Below the pieces are notes generated by a model that made no database searches, had not been told where the DNA came from, and worked only from the letters and a program-made list of their open reading frames with translations. Positions 1-12,440 of a DNA stretch of 64,000 nucleotides are shown here, piece after piece; within the stretch, counting starts at the first letter, position 1; every line of letters starts with the position of its first letter. The DNA comes from Octopus sinensis (lineage: Eukaryota), in NCBI RefSeq assembly GCF_006345805.1, contig NC_043003.1, positions 60,822,001 through 60,886,000 of the forward strand. Reading direction: 5' to 3'. The translations under genes and the position numbers were made by a program.

Positions 1-340
1 TATGATGATGATGATGGTGGCATTGGTGGTGGTGGTGGTGGTGAGGATGTAGATGATGGTGGTGGTAGTATGTTGGTGATGAGGATGGTAAAGATGATGA
101 GGATGATGATGGTGATGGAGTTGGTGGTGCTGATGGTGATGGTGGTGGTGGTGGTGGTGGTGATGGTGGTGATAGTGACGATGACTTTGGGGGCTCTGGC
201 GGTAGTAGTGATGATGATGATAACAATGACGATCATGGCATCTATGGTTGCAGAGATGAGGAGGAGGCGGACGAAGAGGAGGAGGAGGAGGATGGCCATC
301 ATCATTATCACCATCATGACTATAACATCATCAACAGCAA
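1..340. repeat. Compound (GAT/GGT/GAG)n trinucleotide low-complexity tract
   Basis: Directly visible; explains ORF 70..384 (poly-M/V). Confidence 0.9.
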
Positions 341-766
341 CACTAATCCACTCTATCTATAATACCAGGTTCTGTTATATTTGACGGCGTGATGAAAGGT
401 TCCTAGCTTTGGGCAAAAGAAAGCACAGAAGGATCAGTTAATTATGATTTTATTCAATGTATTCCCTCTCAGATTCGCACACTTATTGACAATGGTCCTT
501 CAGTTTTTCTAAGTCCTGTAGAAGAATTCGGAAGGCTGGGTCTCCAACCAGGCCTTTCGTGACACCCTTAAATCCAGGAACTTTTCAGCACTCCCTCGTA
601 AGGTATCAGTGAGACGGTTGAATATATCATTTATAATATTAAAGAGAAAAAATGTTAATTCATTTCTTAATTCAATTGAATTATGCATGGATATATGATA
701 ATTTAATGTAATACAGTAAGAAAAAGAAATCAGGTCGAAATAGTATAAAAAATCTTATAAAAATAT

Positions 767-1070
767 AAGTACACCTCGATTTACAGGTCGTAAGTCGATC
801 TGGTCGTATGTCGAATTTATAGTTTCCAACGTCATTTTCATTCAAACGCAACTGATGCTTCAAGGCGACCGAGTGAGAGGCAGCGGCAGGCAGTGGATGT
901 CTGGGTCTGAGGGAGGCCTACGTTGCCCGATGCTGCAATAGCTATCGCATGCGCAACTGCACAACATCCCCAAACTGATCATTTCTTTCTTACTTTCTTT
1001 ATTTATATTTTATGTTCGTAAGTGCGGATGGTCGGTCGTAAGTCGCATAAGTCGAGGAGAAGTTTACTAG
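767..1070. mobile_element. Degenerate Tigger/pogo-like non-autonomous DNA element
   Basis: Imperfect inverted ends (AGTACACCTCGATTTAC versus the reverse complement of TAAGTCGAGGAGAAGTTTACT) and repeated GTCGTAAGTCG subterminal motifs. Confidence 0.4.
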
Positions 1071-1469
1071 AATAACTAAAGTGATAAAGCAACACAAATT
1101 GCTGTTTCCTGCATAACGAGTCTAAGGGAGATAATTCAGTTACCATATCATAATCGTATTTCTTTTAGTCATTGGACTGCGCCCATTGTGGGGCACACGC
1201 AATATTGCGTGGGTCTTCGTCTAACTAATTGACCCCAGTATTGATTTTTCAAAAGTCTGTTATTTATTCTATCCATCTTTTTTCTTTTTTTTTTGCCAAA
1301 CCGCTAAGGAGACGTAAACAAACCAGCACCGGTTGTTAAGTGGTGTGTTGGGGAACAAACACCGACACATACACACACACACATCTATATGTCTATTTCT
1401 CTCTCTCTCTCTCTCTCTCTCTATTAATATATATATATATATAGATATTTCCCTCACTTACCACCCCCC

Positions 1470-2020
1470 ACGTCCCTACCTCTCCAACGCACCATTCTTC
1501 GAGCTTTCCGGCATCTCCAGTCCGCCCGTCCCCTCACACCTCGTCCCTAACCGACCCCTCCCCTCCTTCAAACGAGCCCATAACTACGAGAACCTTTTGG
1601 TCCAGCTCCTTCCTGACCTACCTCCCAACCTGGCTCGTTCCCCTGCTCCCGCCCACGTTGGCCACACTTGCCCTTACCTCTCCAACACCACCCCTCCTCA
1701 CTGGCACCCATCATCGACCCTATCGCATCATCAACTCCTTCACTCACCTCCAGTAATATCTATTGCATCTCTTGCTCTCTCTGCCATTCCCTGTACAGTC
1801 GGACAAACGGACGCCGCTTGGCTGACCGTTCGCGGAACATCTCCTTTCCAACGACACACCGGTCCACGCCATTTCCGCTCCATCCACGGCAACTCCTTGC
1901 AACACCTGTCTGGTTCGGTTTGTCCTGCCCAGAGGCCATCCGGATTCCCGTTTGCGCGTGAACAGGGATTAATCTCTCTTTTCGCTCTTTTACGCCCATT
2001 TGGTCTCAACTCTCCCCACT
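1470..2020 (+). mobile_element. Penelope-like element relic: frameshifted GIY-YIG endonuclease
   Basis: Across frames: RPLPSFKRAHNYENLLV, CPYL, SSNIYCISCSLCHSLY, VGQT/GRRLADR, RHFRS, REQGLISLFALLRPFGLN. These resemble the PLE GIY-YIG domain. Confidence 0.75.
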
Positions 2021-2700
2021 CCTCATCTAACCTCCCCCCGCCTCCTGCTTCTCTTCGTCCTTCATCTTTTCCCCCTACTCTCCTTTCCCTCCTCTTCCCT
2101 TCTTTCCCTCTCTTCTTTCCTCTTCTTCTTCCCTCTTTCCCTTCTCTCTTTCTCTCTGCTCCTCACTCCCCGTCTCTCTCCCCGTATCCTCCCCGTCCTC
2201 CTCCCCCCTCCTTCCCATCCCCCTCCTCATCTCATCCCCCTCACCCCTCCTTCTTTCCTCCTTCCCTCCTCCCATCTTCTCCTCTTTCCTTCCCCCTCTC
2301 CCCCTCCCCATCATCACATCTCCCCCTCATCCCCTCCTTCTTTCCGTCTCCCCCCTCCCCCCCCTCCCCCCCCCCCCCTTCCACTCTCACCTTTCCTCTT
2401 CTCCCCTCTCCCTCCTCTCTCCTTTTCTCTTCTTCCCCTCCACCCCCTCTCTCCCCTCCTCCCCATCTCCCTCTCCTTCTCCCCCTCTTCCCCTCTCACT
2501 CCCCTCTCAACCCTCCTCCCCTCCCCCCCTCTCCCCCTCCCCCTCATCTCCTCTCCCCCTCCTCCACTCTTCTCACTCTCCCCCCATCTCCCCTCTCTAC
2601 ACTACACCATACGCATTACACACTCACATCATACCTACATACACACAACACGTCCAGACCTTTCATCGCACCACACACTCTCTCATACACACACGCCCCT
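2020..2700. repeat. CT-rich low-complexity polypyrimidine tract
   Basis: Almost pure C/T; source of the long Pro/Ser/Leu ORFs. Confidence 0.9.
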
Positions 2701-2860
2701 TATGTTGGGGTGAAGTCATTTGACTCTGTTATGTCCCCCTATTTTCGCTCTTGCGTCTCACGTTTGATATCTGACTTCTGCCAGAATCGCCATGTTGACT
2801 CGCTACTTCTGCACGCATTTTTTCTCTCTCCTCGTTTCTCTCCGTGTTTCTTTTCTGTGT

Positions 2861-2899
2861 ATCTTTCTGTTGAAGAGCGTAGGCTCGAAACGTAAAAAC
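2861..2899 (+). ncRNA. Minimal type-I hammerhead-like motif (A6>U core variant) at the PLE 3' end
   Basis: TTT CTGTTGA A GAGC-GTAG-GCTC GAAA CG TA AAA; palindromic ACGT stem III; same strand and downstream of the GIY-YIG relic. Confidence 0.5.
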
Positions 2900-2904
2900 A
2901 AAAA

Positions 2905-3080
2905 GCAAAGGGGCCAATACATCTTGGCACCAGTGATGTTGCAACTCATTTCTACAGCTGAGTGAACAGGAGCCACGTGAAATAAAATGTGTTGCTCAAA
3001 ACACAATACGCAGCCCGGACCGGGAGTCGAACTCACAATCTCACGATCGCAAGCTCGACCCTCAAACCACTGAGCCATAT
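2905..3080 (-). mobile_element. tRNA-derived SINE, family D (head with CORE/V-like segment)
   Basis: A/B-box head and TTTCACGT(G/T)GCT..CAGT.CACTCAGCTG segment shared with copies at about 12460-12760 (+), 19580-19845 (-) and 25880-26220 (-). Confidence 0.7.
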
Positions 3081-3170
3081 GTATATATACATACTTCTCA
3101 AACGCAGGATAATGCTAATAATATAGCCTAAACAGGATAAGCTACCCCTATTTTGCAGAAAAAAAGTGTT

Positions 3171-3248
3171 GGCGGCCGGCTATGAGACTCGAACTCACAC
3201 CTCCGCGATTACACGTCGCGGTGCTCTGAACCATTAAGCTAAACCGCC
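3171..3248 (-). tRNA. tRNA-like sequence or pseudogene, possible Thr(TGT) anticodon
   Basis: Minus strand GGCGGTT TA GCTT-AATGGTTCA-GAGC AC CGCGA-CGTGTAA-TCGCG GAGGT GTGAG-TTCGAGT-CTCAT AGCCGGCCGCC. Defects: G at position 33, one extra base before the anticodon stem, 4-nt duplication in the acceptor stem. Confidence 0.45.
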
Positions 3249-3301
3249 CATATACATGACGGGTTTCCACACAGTTTCCGTCTTCCAGATTTGCTCACTA
3301 G

Positions 3302-3402
3302 GCTTTGAACCCTGCAGCAGACCGGCGTCCCAATCAGGGAATCGTGATCTCGGTCACTTACACACCATGGAATCCGAGTAACCGGCCTTATGAGACCCAG
3401 AG
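3302..3402 (+). mobile_element. About 100-bp MITE-like repeat (also about 29337-29441 + and 33310-33372 -)
   Basis: Shared internal GTGATCTC...TAACCGG.CTT(A)TGAG core and imperfect terminal inverted repeats. Confidence 0.5.
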
Positions 3403-4000
3403 CTCAAGAAAAATAAAAACAAACAAACAAACAATATATTACATTTCTGAAACCTTAAAGATTTTGCATTTCGTAATTGAATCATTTGCAAGCTTTTTAC
3501 TCTCTTTTTCTTTTTTTGAAACGATATTGTTGATCTTCACCAACCGGATGAATACATCTGCTGCTCCAGGAAATGTCAGAACAACTTTGTAACCTGGTTT
3601 TATGCCTGTTAAATGACGTCACTAGTAATCCTTACGAATGTTTTCAATGTTGTATGCGGCTTCAAGGTGACAGTTTGACATGTAAATATTTCTGACTATG
3701 AAATGCTATGCAACTAGTCCTGTTATTGTTGCTGCTGTTTTTATATCTATATATTGTGAAAGCTCGTAGCTTAATGGTAAGGTATTTGACTGACGATCGT
3801 TAAGCCATGGGTTTAGTACCCAGCGGTACTTTATATCTTTGATCAAGATTATTTATTTCACATTGCTCCAGTTCACACAAATGGCGAAAATGAATTGTAC
3901 GTGTAACTCCAAGGGCCAACCTCATCATATTTTGTGTCACGCTGAACTTCCCTGAGAACTAAGATAAGGGTACGCAAGTCCTCAGCTATTTGCACGCTAA

Positions 4001-4042
<42 letters not shown>

Positions 4043-4048
<6 letters not shown>

Positions 4049-4888
4049 GGAGCGGTAAATAAACTGTCGTTTTAATTACGCAAAAATGAAAATAACACTG
4101 ACATCTCATTTTAACAGATATATTAACCAAAATTACATAAATACTAAAGAGTAAATTTATTCAATGAAATCGCGGCACCCAGACGACTTCGGAATCTCTT
4201 GCAATTCTTCTGGGCCGTGTCTTTGTTCAAGTTGGTGAATGCTGTTATAATCCTTGCCTTCAGTTCATCTTCGGTGTTATATGGAGTTTTGTTGGTCTCT
4301 TGCTCAACTGCGCCCCACACATGATAATCAAGCGGGTTGCAGTGTGGGGAGTTAGATGGCTAGCTGTTAGGGGTGGCGTAGTCGCTGAAATTGTCCGACA
4401 GCCATGACTGGGTTCTCTTGTTTGTGTGGCGTGGTGCAGAATCCTGTTGCTATACATAGGGTCTTCCAGCAGTCACTCTCTTGACCCAGGGCAGCACTAC
4501 CTCCTCCAGGCACTTGATGTAGGCCTCTGTGTTGAATCTGAGGCCGTGTGGGAAGGTGAATGGAGGCATAACCTCGCCATTACTAGTGATCACTCCAAAT
4601 ACCATGATGTTGATAGGGTGTTTGATTTTTATCACAGTCGGTACATGAACACAGATTCACACCCAAACACTGAAATGTTCGTAGTGGAGTTTCTGGCGAT
4701 GATGCCAAGTAATACAGAATGCCGTTTCCAAATCTCTGGCAGAGTGAATAGCCTCATCGTGCTGTATTTCACACAGACGGTGCCCAACGGACCATACTAT
4801 ACTGTGTAGTCAGCAAAATCTAAAACAAACTGTGCGTATGCGCGAAATTAATGTATAAAATGGCGACAATTTGCGCATTGAACCCTGT
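4043..4888 (-). mobile_element. Tc1/mariner DD37D (maT-like) transposon relic with internal deletion
   Basis: Translation HPINIMVFGVITSNG...YV*QQDSAPRH...NS*PSNSPHCNPLDYHVWG; exactly 37 residues between the second and third Asp; two TGG>TAG stops; ACAGGGTT-type end near 4888. Confidence 0.85.
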
Positions 4889-5199
4889 GTATGTATGTAT
4901 ATATATAGATATATTATATATATATATATCGTATTGGATGTGATCTTTCATTGTTTTTCCCTTATACCTATGTGAGTTATTTTCTGAGTATGCATTGTCT
5001 GGAGACTTTTATTGCAGTTGAGGAAAGCCATGTTTTTGGCTGCTATTTCTGAAAAGTTCGGTGTGTGGTAAAGTGAATTTTTTTACTTTACCATATTTTT
5101 ATAAATTAATATATATATAGATATATATATATATATATTATATATATATATATATATATGTATACTAATGTGTGTGTGTGTGTGTGTTAAATGAATTGG

Positions 5200-5662
5200 G
5201 ACAACAAAGCCAACGCAGTATGTAATTTCTAGGACATTTATACAGCTGTTTCAAGGCTATAAAAGATATCCCATCACCAGAGACGATATGAGAGTTAAAT
5301 AGGAGGAAATAGTAGAGTTCAGTATAAGAAGTTATTTTGGAAAGGGAGAGATATAATAAGTAGAAAGAGAAGTATGAGGAAAGAAAAGTATATGTTGGAT
5401 GTTAAAGTTGCCTGATAATGGAACGGCAACTTTAACATCCAACATATACTTTTCTATCCTCATACTTCCCTTTCTACTTATTATATCTCTCCCTTTCCAA
5501 AATAACTTCATATGTTGAACTCTACTATTTCCTTCTATTTAACTCTCTCATATCGTCTCTGATGATGGTATGTCTTTTATATCCCTGAAACAGCTGTAAA
5601 GACTACCTTTCTCTTTATATAATCCTAGAAATTACAATTACAAACTGCCTTGGCTTTGTTGC
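5200..5662. repeat. Foldback element with about 210-bp arms, a 12-nt spacer and a hammerhead motif in each arm
   Basis: 5200-5412 is the near-perfect reverse complement of 5425-5662. Confidence 0.9.
5555..5603 (+). ncRNA. Type-I hammerhead motif (stem III ACAGCTGT)
   Basis: GTCT CTGATGA T GGTATGT-CTTTT-ATATCCC T GAAA CAGCTG TA A AGAC; the partner copy in the left arm has CTGGTGA. Confidence 0.6.
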
Positions 5663-5664
5663 CT

Positions 5665-5906
<242 letters not shown>

Positions 5907-6432
5907 CTTTGTGTGTTTGTGTTTGTCCCACACCATCGCTTGACAACCGATGCTGGTGTGTTTAAGTCCCCGTAACTTAGTGGTTCAACAGAAAAGAGAC
6001 TGATAGAATTAGCACTAGGCTTTCAAAGAATAACTCATGGTTTCGAGTTGCTCGACTAAAGGTGGTGCTTCAGCATGGCCTCAGTCAAATGCCTGAAGCA
6101 AATGAAAGAATGTATATATATATCTATATATATAAGTAATTAAGGGTTTAGCACGATTTGCCTCACCACACACCGAATTTAGAATAGCATTCAAAGAGTT
6201 ATGGCTTTCTTTCTACTTAAAAGGGAGATCCCAGTAAAACCACAGCACTTATTGCCATACTCTTTGACTGCTATTTCTAAATTCGGTGTATGGTGAGGCA
6301 AATCGTTGCTAACCCTTAATTACTTAGTATTACTTAGACCTTCCTTGAATGGGGCTTTTACATGCCGAAATCTACTTGGTGAAATTAATGATTACTCCAG
6401 ATTAATTAATTTCACCCTATATTATTATATAT

Positions 6433-6475
<43 letters not shown>

Positions 6476-6784
6476 TATATATATACATACATACATACAT
6501 ACATACATACGACATACATACATACATACTACATACATATATACATATATCTGTATGTATATGTGTTTGCGTCTCGGTGCTTGACCCCTACCCTCGCTTG
6601 ACAACCGACGTTGCTTTGTTTATGTAGCTTAGCGGTTTCACACAAGAAATCGATAAAATAAGTCCCAGACTGAAAGACAAATATTGGAGTCGATTTGTAT
6701 AACAAATCTTTTGAAGGCGGTGTGCCAGCATGACCACAGTTCAATGGGTGAATCAAGTGAAAGATAGAAGACTAACTCATTGTA

Positions 6785-7175
6785 TTGGGTTGTCCGGAAA
6801 GTTTGTGCCGATTTTTAAAGGAGAGAAAAAGGGTCAATAAATACTTGCCATTACATTTTTAATCAACCATATATGAACCATTTTGTTGCACAATGCGCCT
6901 CCATCTTTCCTTTAACTTGAAAATACCCTCTTACCAGAACTCAGGTGGTTTCATGGCAAAGAATTCATCAAGGTATCTTTTTGCGTCATCCAAGGAATTG
7001 AAATTTTTACCATTAAGACTATTCTGCAGAGACCTGAATAAGTGGAAATCCGAAGGAGCAATATCTGGTGAATATGGAGGGTGGGGTAACACGTCCCATC
7101 CGAGCTGCAGCAATTTTTGTCTGGTTCCCAAAGCATCAAGTTCCGAAAAGGAACTTTCTTCTCTTCCATTTTAAA
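6785..7175 (-). mobile_element. mariner (DD34D-type) transposase 3' fragment with one TIR
   Basis: LGWDVLPHPPYSPDIAPSDFHLFRSLQNSL motif; TA-TTGGGTTGTCCGGAAAGT terminal repeat at 6783. Confidence 0.9.
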
Positions 7176-8063
7176 GGGTTACAGAATTAATACAGGTTAT
7201 AGGAACATAAACCTTCTTCCACGAAAAGATAGCTTAAATTCTGCTCTAAATGGAGGTTTAATCAAATCCTAAAAAAAAAAAAAAAAAACATTTATAACAA
7301 AACTACCTTATTGTTTATCTCTTGCCCAGCTAGTAAGGGATATACAATACTAGTTAAATGGCATCGAGCCAATGAGAGTAAACAATGTTAGTAGAGATGT
7401 GCTTGTCAAATGTCAGTGTTTGCTTTAACACGTATGTTAGCTGTCAGCTTTCTAGAGAAACTGATAGCTCAGAGAAAATTAACGTTGTGTAATCACAGAA
7501 CTAAATAAAGATACAATTTCCTTCGATAATGTCGTCATATCTGTTTCTTCCTTACTCCCTCTTTCTTTCTTTCTTTCATCTTCACCTCTTTTCTTTCCCA
7601 TTTCTCTCCCTTTCTCTCGCCGTCTCTTGTTCTCTTACTCTCTGGGGTCTCATCTAAAACTGCATATTTTAATCCTAATGTCCAACTTTAATTATATTAC
7701 CATTGGAGCTGTTAAGAAAACGCAACACGCGCTCATATAGCACATACACACACATGTAAACACATGCATATATACATACATATAGTATGTGTATATAATA
7801 TACACAACTTAGGTTATTTTCGATTCATTTATACAAATCACGAAGGTCATAAATGTGTTCTACTCTATTTTGTAAGTCCAAGTGTCAAGTCTCCAGAAAA
7901 AAATACTAGAATAATTATGTTGATAACGTTTATTGAGACAGAAACACGAATCCACAGCTGTTCTCGTCTTCACAAAGTCAAACGTGTGTGTGTGTTGTGG
8001 TGTGTGTGTGTGTGTGTGTCTGTGTGTGTGTGTGCGTGTGTGTGTGTTGCATATATGCGTATA

Positions 8064-8125
<62 letters not shown>

Positions 8126-8645
8126 ATATATATAAATGTATATACTAGATCCTTTTCTCAAGTTTATTATTGCAGTATTCTCAAGGTGGTATTTTATCTG
8201 TCGTAGTTCTTTAACAACAAAAAGCAAAGTAACCTGCGCTCTGTTGCAAATATTCGACTGGCCATCTGGTCTACGGATAGCAAGGTATCTCCTTATCTCT
8301 GTTTTTTTTTTCTGACCATTTGGAGAAGGAGAGTCTTTTGCATAAAAGGTCATAAGCACTGATGTGCCTCCTCTACGCCATAGAAAAACAAAACGAAAAA
8401 CAAATGTAGGTTTTGTTATCAACAATCTCCTTTATCATCTAAATAGGACAAAACAAGATATAGACAACATCCTTGACATTTTAATGAAGAACAAACATGA
8501 TTATTATAAGATATTCATTTACACAAAATAAATTATTTTATGCTGAAGATTATTACCTTACGTCAAAACAGTCGCACCTCGCACAACAAAAAGTGTTACT
8601 GTCAGTTTTACGTTCCACTGTACCAGCGCTATGACAGTTGTTCAA

Positions 8646-9041
8646 ATCTTTATATATAAAAGTATGGTTGTGTGCTGTCTGTCTCCTACGATTTAGATTC
8701 CTAACTACTCCCACATTTTGCGGTGCAGTTTAACCAAAACCGGGTATCTTATAGTCGTGATTCATATCAAGCCCTTCTGGGTATTAGCGCGCGTCTACGA
8801 TGAGTCTACGATTTAAAAAAAATTTGCCATCAATTTTTCCCATTTTTAATGCATTTTTGGCATATATAAGGGAAGTAACTCTCTAAAAATTTATTATTAA
8901 ATCTCAGAACGTAAAAAGCTACAGTAACACCCACCTTTGTGGTTAGTCATATTGAGATGGCTATTATACTTTACATCTCTAAAAATGCTTATATAGTTAT
9001 TTCCCTTACAAACTCGAGCAATACCGGGCGATACTGCTAGT
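8646..9041 (-). mobile_element. Non-autonomous Helitron/Helentron-like (Lep1-like) element
   Basis: Starts ACTAGCAGTATCGCCCG and ends TTTTATATATAAAGAT; second copy at 20667-21063 on +. Confidence 0.6.
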
Positions 9042-10392
9042 TATTACTATTTCAATAACAGCTGGAACATATTTGCTAATACCGTGATATCTTTTCTGTA
9101 TATGATATGTTTTATAGACTCAACCATGTTCTAAAATAAGTTGAAATGTAAGCTACTATAAATCGGAGCGAACTTTCCGGACAACCCAATATTTTCCTTT
9201 GGTGATTAAGTAGTTATGTAAAATATTTTCCATTAGTGATTAAGTAGTTATGTAAAATCCTTTCTTCTACGGGAATAAGGGCCTGAGATTTTCGGGAGAG
9301 GGCAAGAAGATTACTCCAGTGCACAACTAATATTTATTTTATCGACCCTGAAAGAATAAAAGGCAAAGTCGACCTCGGCGACATTTGAACTCAGAACATA
9401 AAAGACGGACGAAGTTAGGTAAAACCCTCACGCCATTTAAAAGCTGTACACGTAGTTATGAAAGTACAATCTTGGCCCTCCGTCGGTTACGACGACGAGG
9501 GTTCCAGTTGATTCGATCAACGGAACAGCCTGCTAATGAAATTAACGTCCAAGTGGCTGAGCACTCCACAGACACGTGTATCCTTAACGTGGTTCTCGGA
9601 GAGGTTCAGCGTGACATAGATTGTGACAAGGCTGGCCTCTTTGAAATACAGATACAACAGAAACAGGAAGAAAGAGGGAGAGAAAGTTGTGGTGAAAGTG
9701 TTGGTGTCAGGAAGGGCATCCAGCCGTAAAACCACTCCCAAAACGGACACAATAGTCTAGAGTAGTGTTTTACCTGGCCGGTCGGGAAATTTTTTCCCAC
9801 GGTAGTTACGGATCCCGGCAATGAACTCATTTGCATACAGCCAATCAGAGCTCACATTGACCTTGTAATTTACTATGTAAACTTTTGAGTTTACATGGTA
9901 AACTCAAGACGAAGAATGGTGTTGTTATTCGACCGATCGCCAAGTTCTGCCTGATTTTAGAAGGAGACAATTTATTAGATAAATTTGCAGCTATACCTAT
10001 TATCAGATTTTGTTAGGGCCCCAAATGATAAATATGTGGACAGGGAAAATATGGGTAAAGAGTGATATGCTAGCAACCTTTCCCCCTTACTGTTTTACAA
10101 AGTAAACAACAACACAAATAACTACGCAGAGGCAGCCATGGTTGAAACAAAAACAAGAACAACGAGGATTATTAAAAAAAGTAAAGAAGCATGTTCATTC
10201 CTTACCCAAGTCATCTTATCTTATCACCCATCACTTGTTATGCCCTCATAAATTAGTTTGATAGTTGAGCTCTGACTGGTTACATGCAAATGAGCTCATA
10301 ACTGGGATCCGGAACTCTCGTGGGAAAAAAATTCGCTGGCAGCCTCTTGTCAACCGTCCTACCCATGCATGCAAGGAAAACGGACGTTAAAC

Positions 10393-10465
<73 letters not shown>

Positions 10466-10467
10466 GT

Positions 10468-10499
<32 letters not shown>

Positions 10500-11004
10500 T
10501 GATGATGATGATATATGAATGCTTACAAACTATTTCTGGAGAGGAAGTTAAGATCGATGGAGGAGCACTGCCACTCAGTGAACGTTGTGAGCGCAACGAG
10601 AACAGCCCAAGTGAAGGGTCCTTCGTAATAGAAGAGGGCACTCCCATTTGGTACTCAGAGTAAACTTGAATCTGTGGATTCCTTGACTGGGTTTTGGAGC
10701 CTGTTCTCTAATTAGGACATCGCAACACCTTGCGTATTTTGTAATGGTTTGCTTTTCTTGTTTGGAAATTGAGATTTCCTAATCTGCCACTGTTTTTCCA
10801 GTTTGCCCTCGTAATCTGCACCCACCTGTCATAGTTTATTGGCAAATAAACATCTACCAAAAGCACTTGGAAGAATTTTATTAGCGAGCTATGAAAACAA
10901 ACCGAAGTAGGAAAACAGGAAAAAATAAAATGACAAGCAAAGGAATGTCTTGTAATAACGTCTTAAGCGACTCTAAATAAAAGACAGAATAAAAAGTAGC
11001 CCAT

Positions 11005-11605
11005 ACCGGAATTTTGGGGGAGGGCCAGTCGATTAGATTGACCCCAGTACTCAACAGGTACTTAATTTACTCACCCCGAAGGATGAAAGGCAAAGTCAAC
11101 CTCGACGTAATTTGAACTCAGAACGTAAAGACAAACGAAATACCCATTTCTTTACGACCCACAGAGGGGACAAACATGGACAGACAAACGGATTAAGTCG
11201 ATTACATCGATCTCAGTGCGTAACTGGTACTTATTTAATCGACCCCGAAAGGATGAAAGGCAAAGTCGACCTCGACGGAATTTGAACTCAGACCGTAACG
11301 GCAGACGAAATACCGCTAGCATTTGGCACGGCGTGCTTACGATACTGCCAGCTCGCCGCCTTAAAAAAAAAAAGATACAAAAAACAAGATATTCTTTTCT
11401 ACTCTATGGACAAAGCCCGAAATTTGGGGGGACGGGGTCAGTCGATTAGATCGACCCTAGTACGCAACTGGTACTAAATTTATCGAACCCGAAAGAATGA
11501 AGGCAAAGTTGACTTCGATAGAATTTGAACTCAAAACATAAAGAAACGAAATATCGCTATGCATTTCGCCCGGCGTGCTAACGATTCTGCCGGTTCGCCA
11601 CCTTA
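11005..11605 (-). mobile_element. Cluster of tRNA-derived SINE family A (GGCGGCGAGCTGGCAG head)
   Basis: GAGTTCAAATTCC B-box and GTCGACTTTGCCTTTCATCCTTTCGGGGTCG body; many other copies in the window. Confidence 0.85.
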
Positions 11606-12009
11606 AAATAAATAGGTTATTAGAAACACAACAAACCTCTAAATCGCGACTGGTCAAGGCAAAAAAAATCTGAAGCGGCAACACAGCAAGAAAAAAATAA
11701 CACCACAAACGAAAACTAAATGCAAACATCAATTTAATTAGTGTCACTACGACAACCGTATAACATACTCTCAGAAAACTCTCAAAATAACACAAAAGTA
11801 CATAAACATGAATAATATTTGATGAGATTGAATGTCACCGATAATTATTTTAAAATACAACATGACAAAACGACATTAAAATGTTAGCAATGAAAACAGT
11901 AACCCTACGCAAAAATGGATTCGCTCAAATGTGTATGAAACGAGTACGAACAAGTCTAAATTCCTATCTGTTTATAGTCGAGTGAAATCTGAGCTGCGAC
12001 AAAAAGTAC

Positions 12010-12063
<54 letters not shown>

Positions 12064-12208
12064 TGTGTGCGTGCGTGTGTGTGTGTGTGTGTGTGCTTTA
12101 TAAAATGCTTAGATCTTTATAGACGTGCAGGTTTGTTTCCACCAGGATTCAATGCATTGTATATACTAGAATTTAACGACGCGCATTCAATTGAGCTCTT
12201 AACCCTGG

Positions 12209-12278
<70 letters not shown>

Positions 12279-12281
12279 TTA

Positions 12282-12313
<32 letters not shown>

Positions 12314-12339
12314 CATATATATGTGTGTGTGTGTGTGTG

Positions 12340-12440
<101 letters not shown>

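Noticed and set aside
1333-2895. 520-aa Pro/Ser-rich ORF as a real protein
   Set aside because: It is a fusion of a decayed GIY-YIG relic and a CT tract that lacks stops by composition.
3171-3248. T-box-like regulation of the threonine enzyme by the tRNA-Thr-like sequence
   Set aside because: T-boxes are bacterial leader RNAs. This gene is spliced and eukaryotic, and the element is about 19 kb away on the opposite strand.
10394-10663. ORF ending ...GEEVKIDGGALPLSERC...GTPIWYSE
   Set aside because: The start is a (GAT)n repeat, I recognise no domain, and there is no + strand splice context linking it to the gene.
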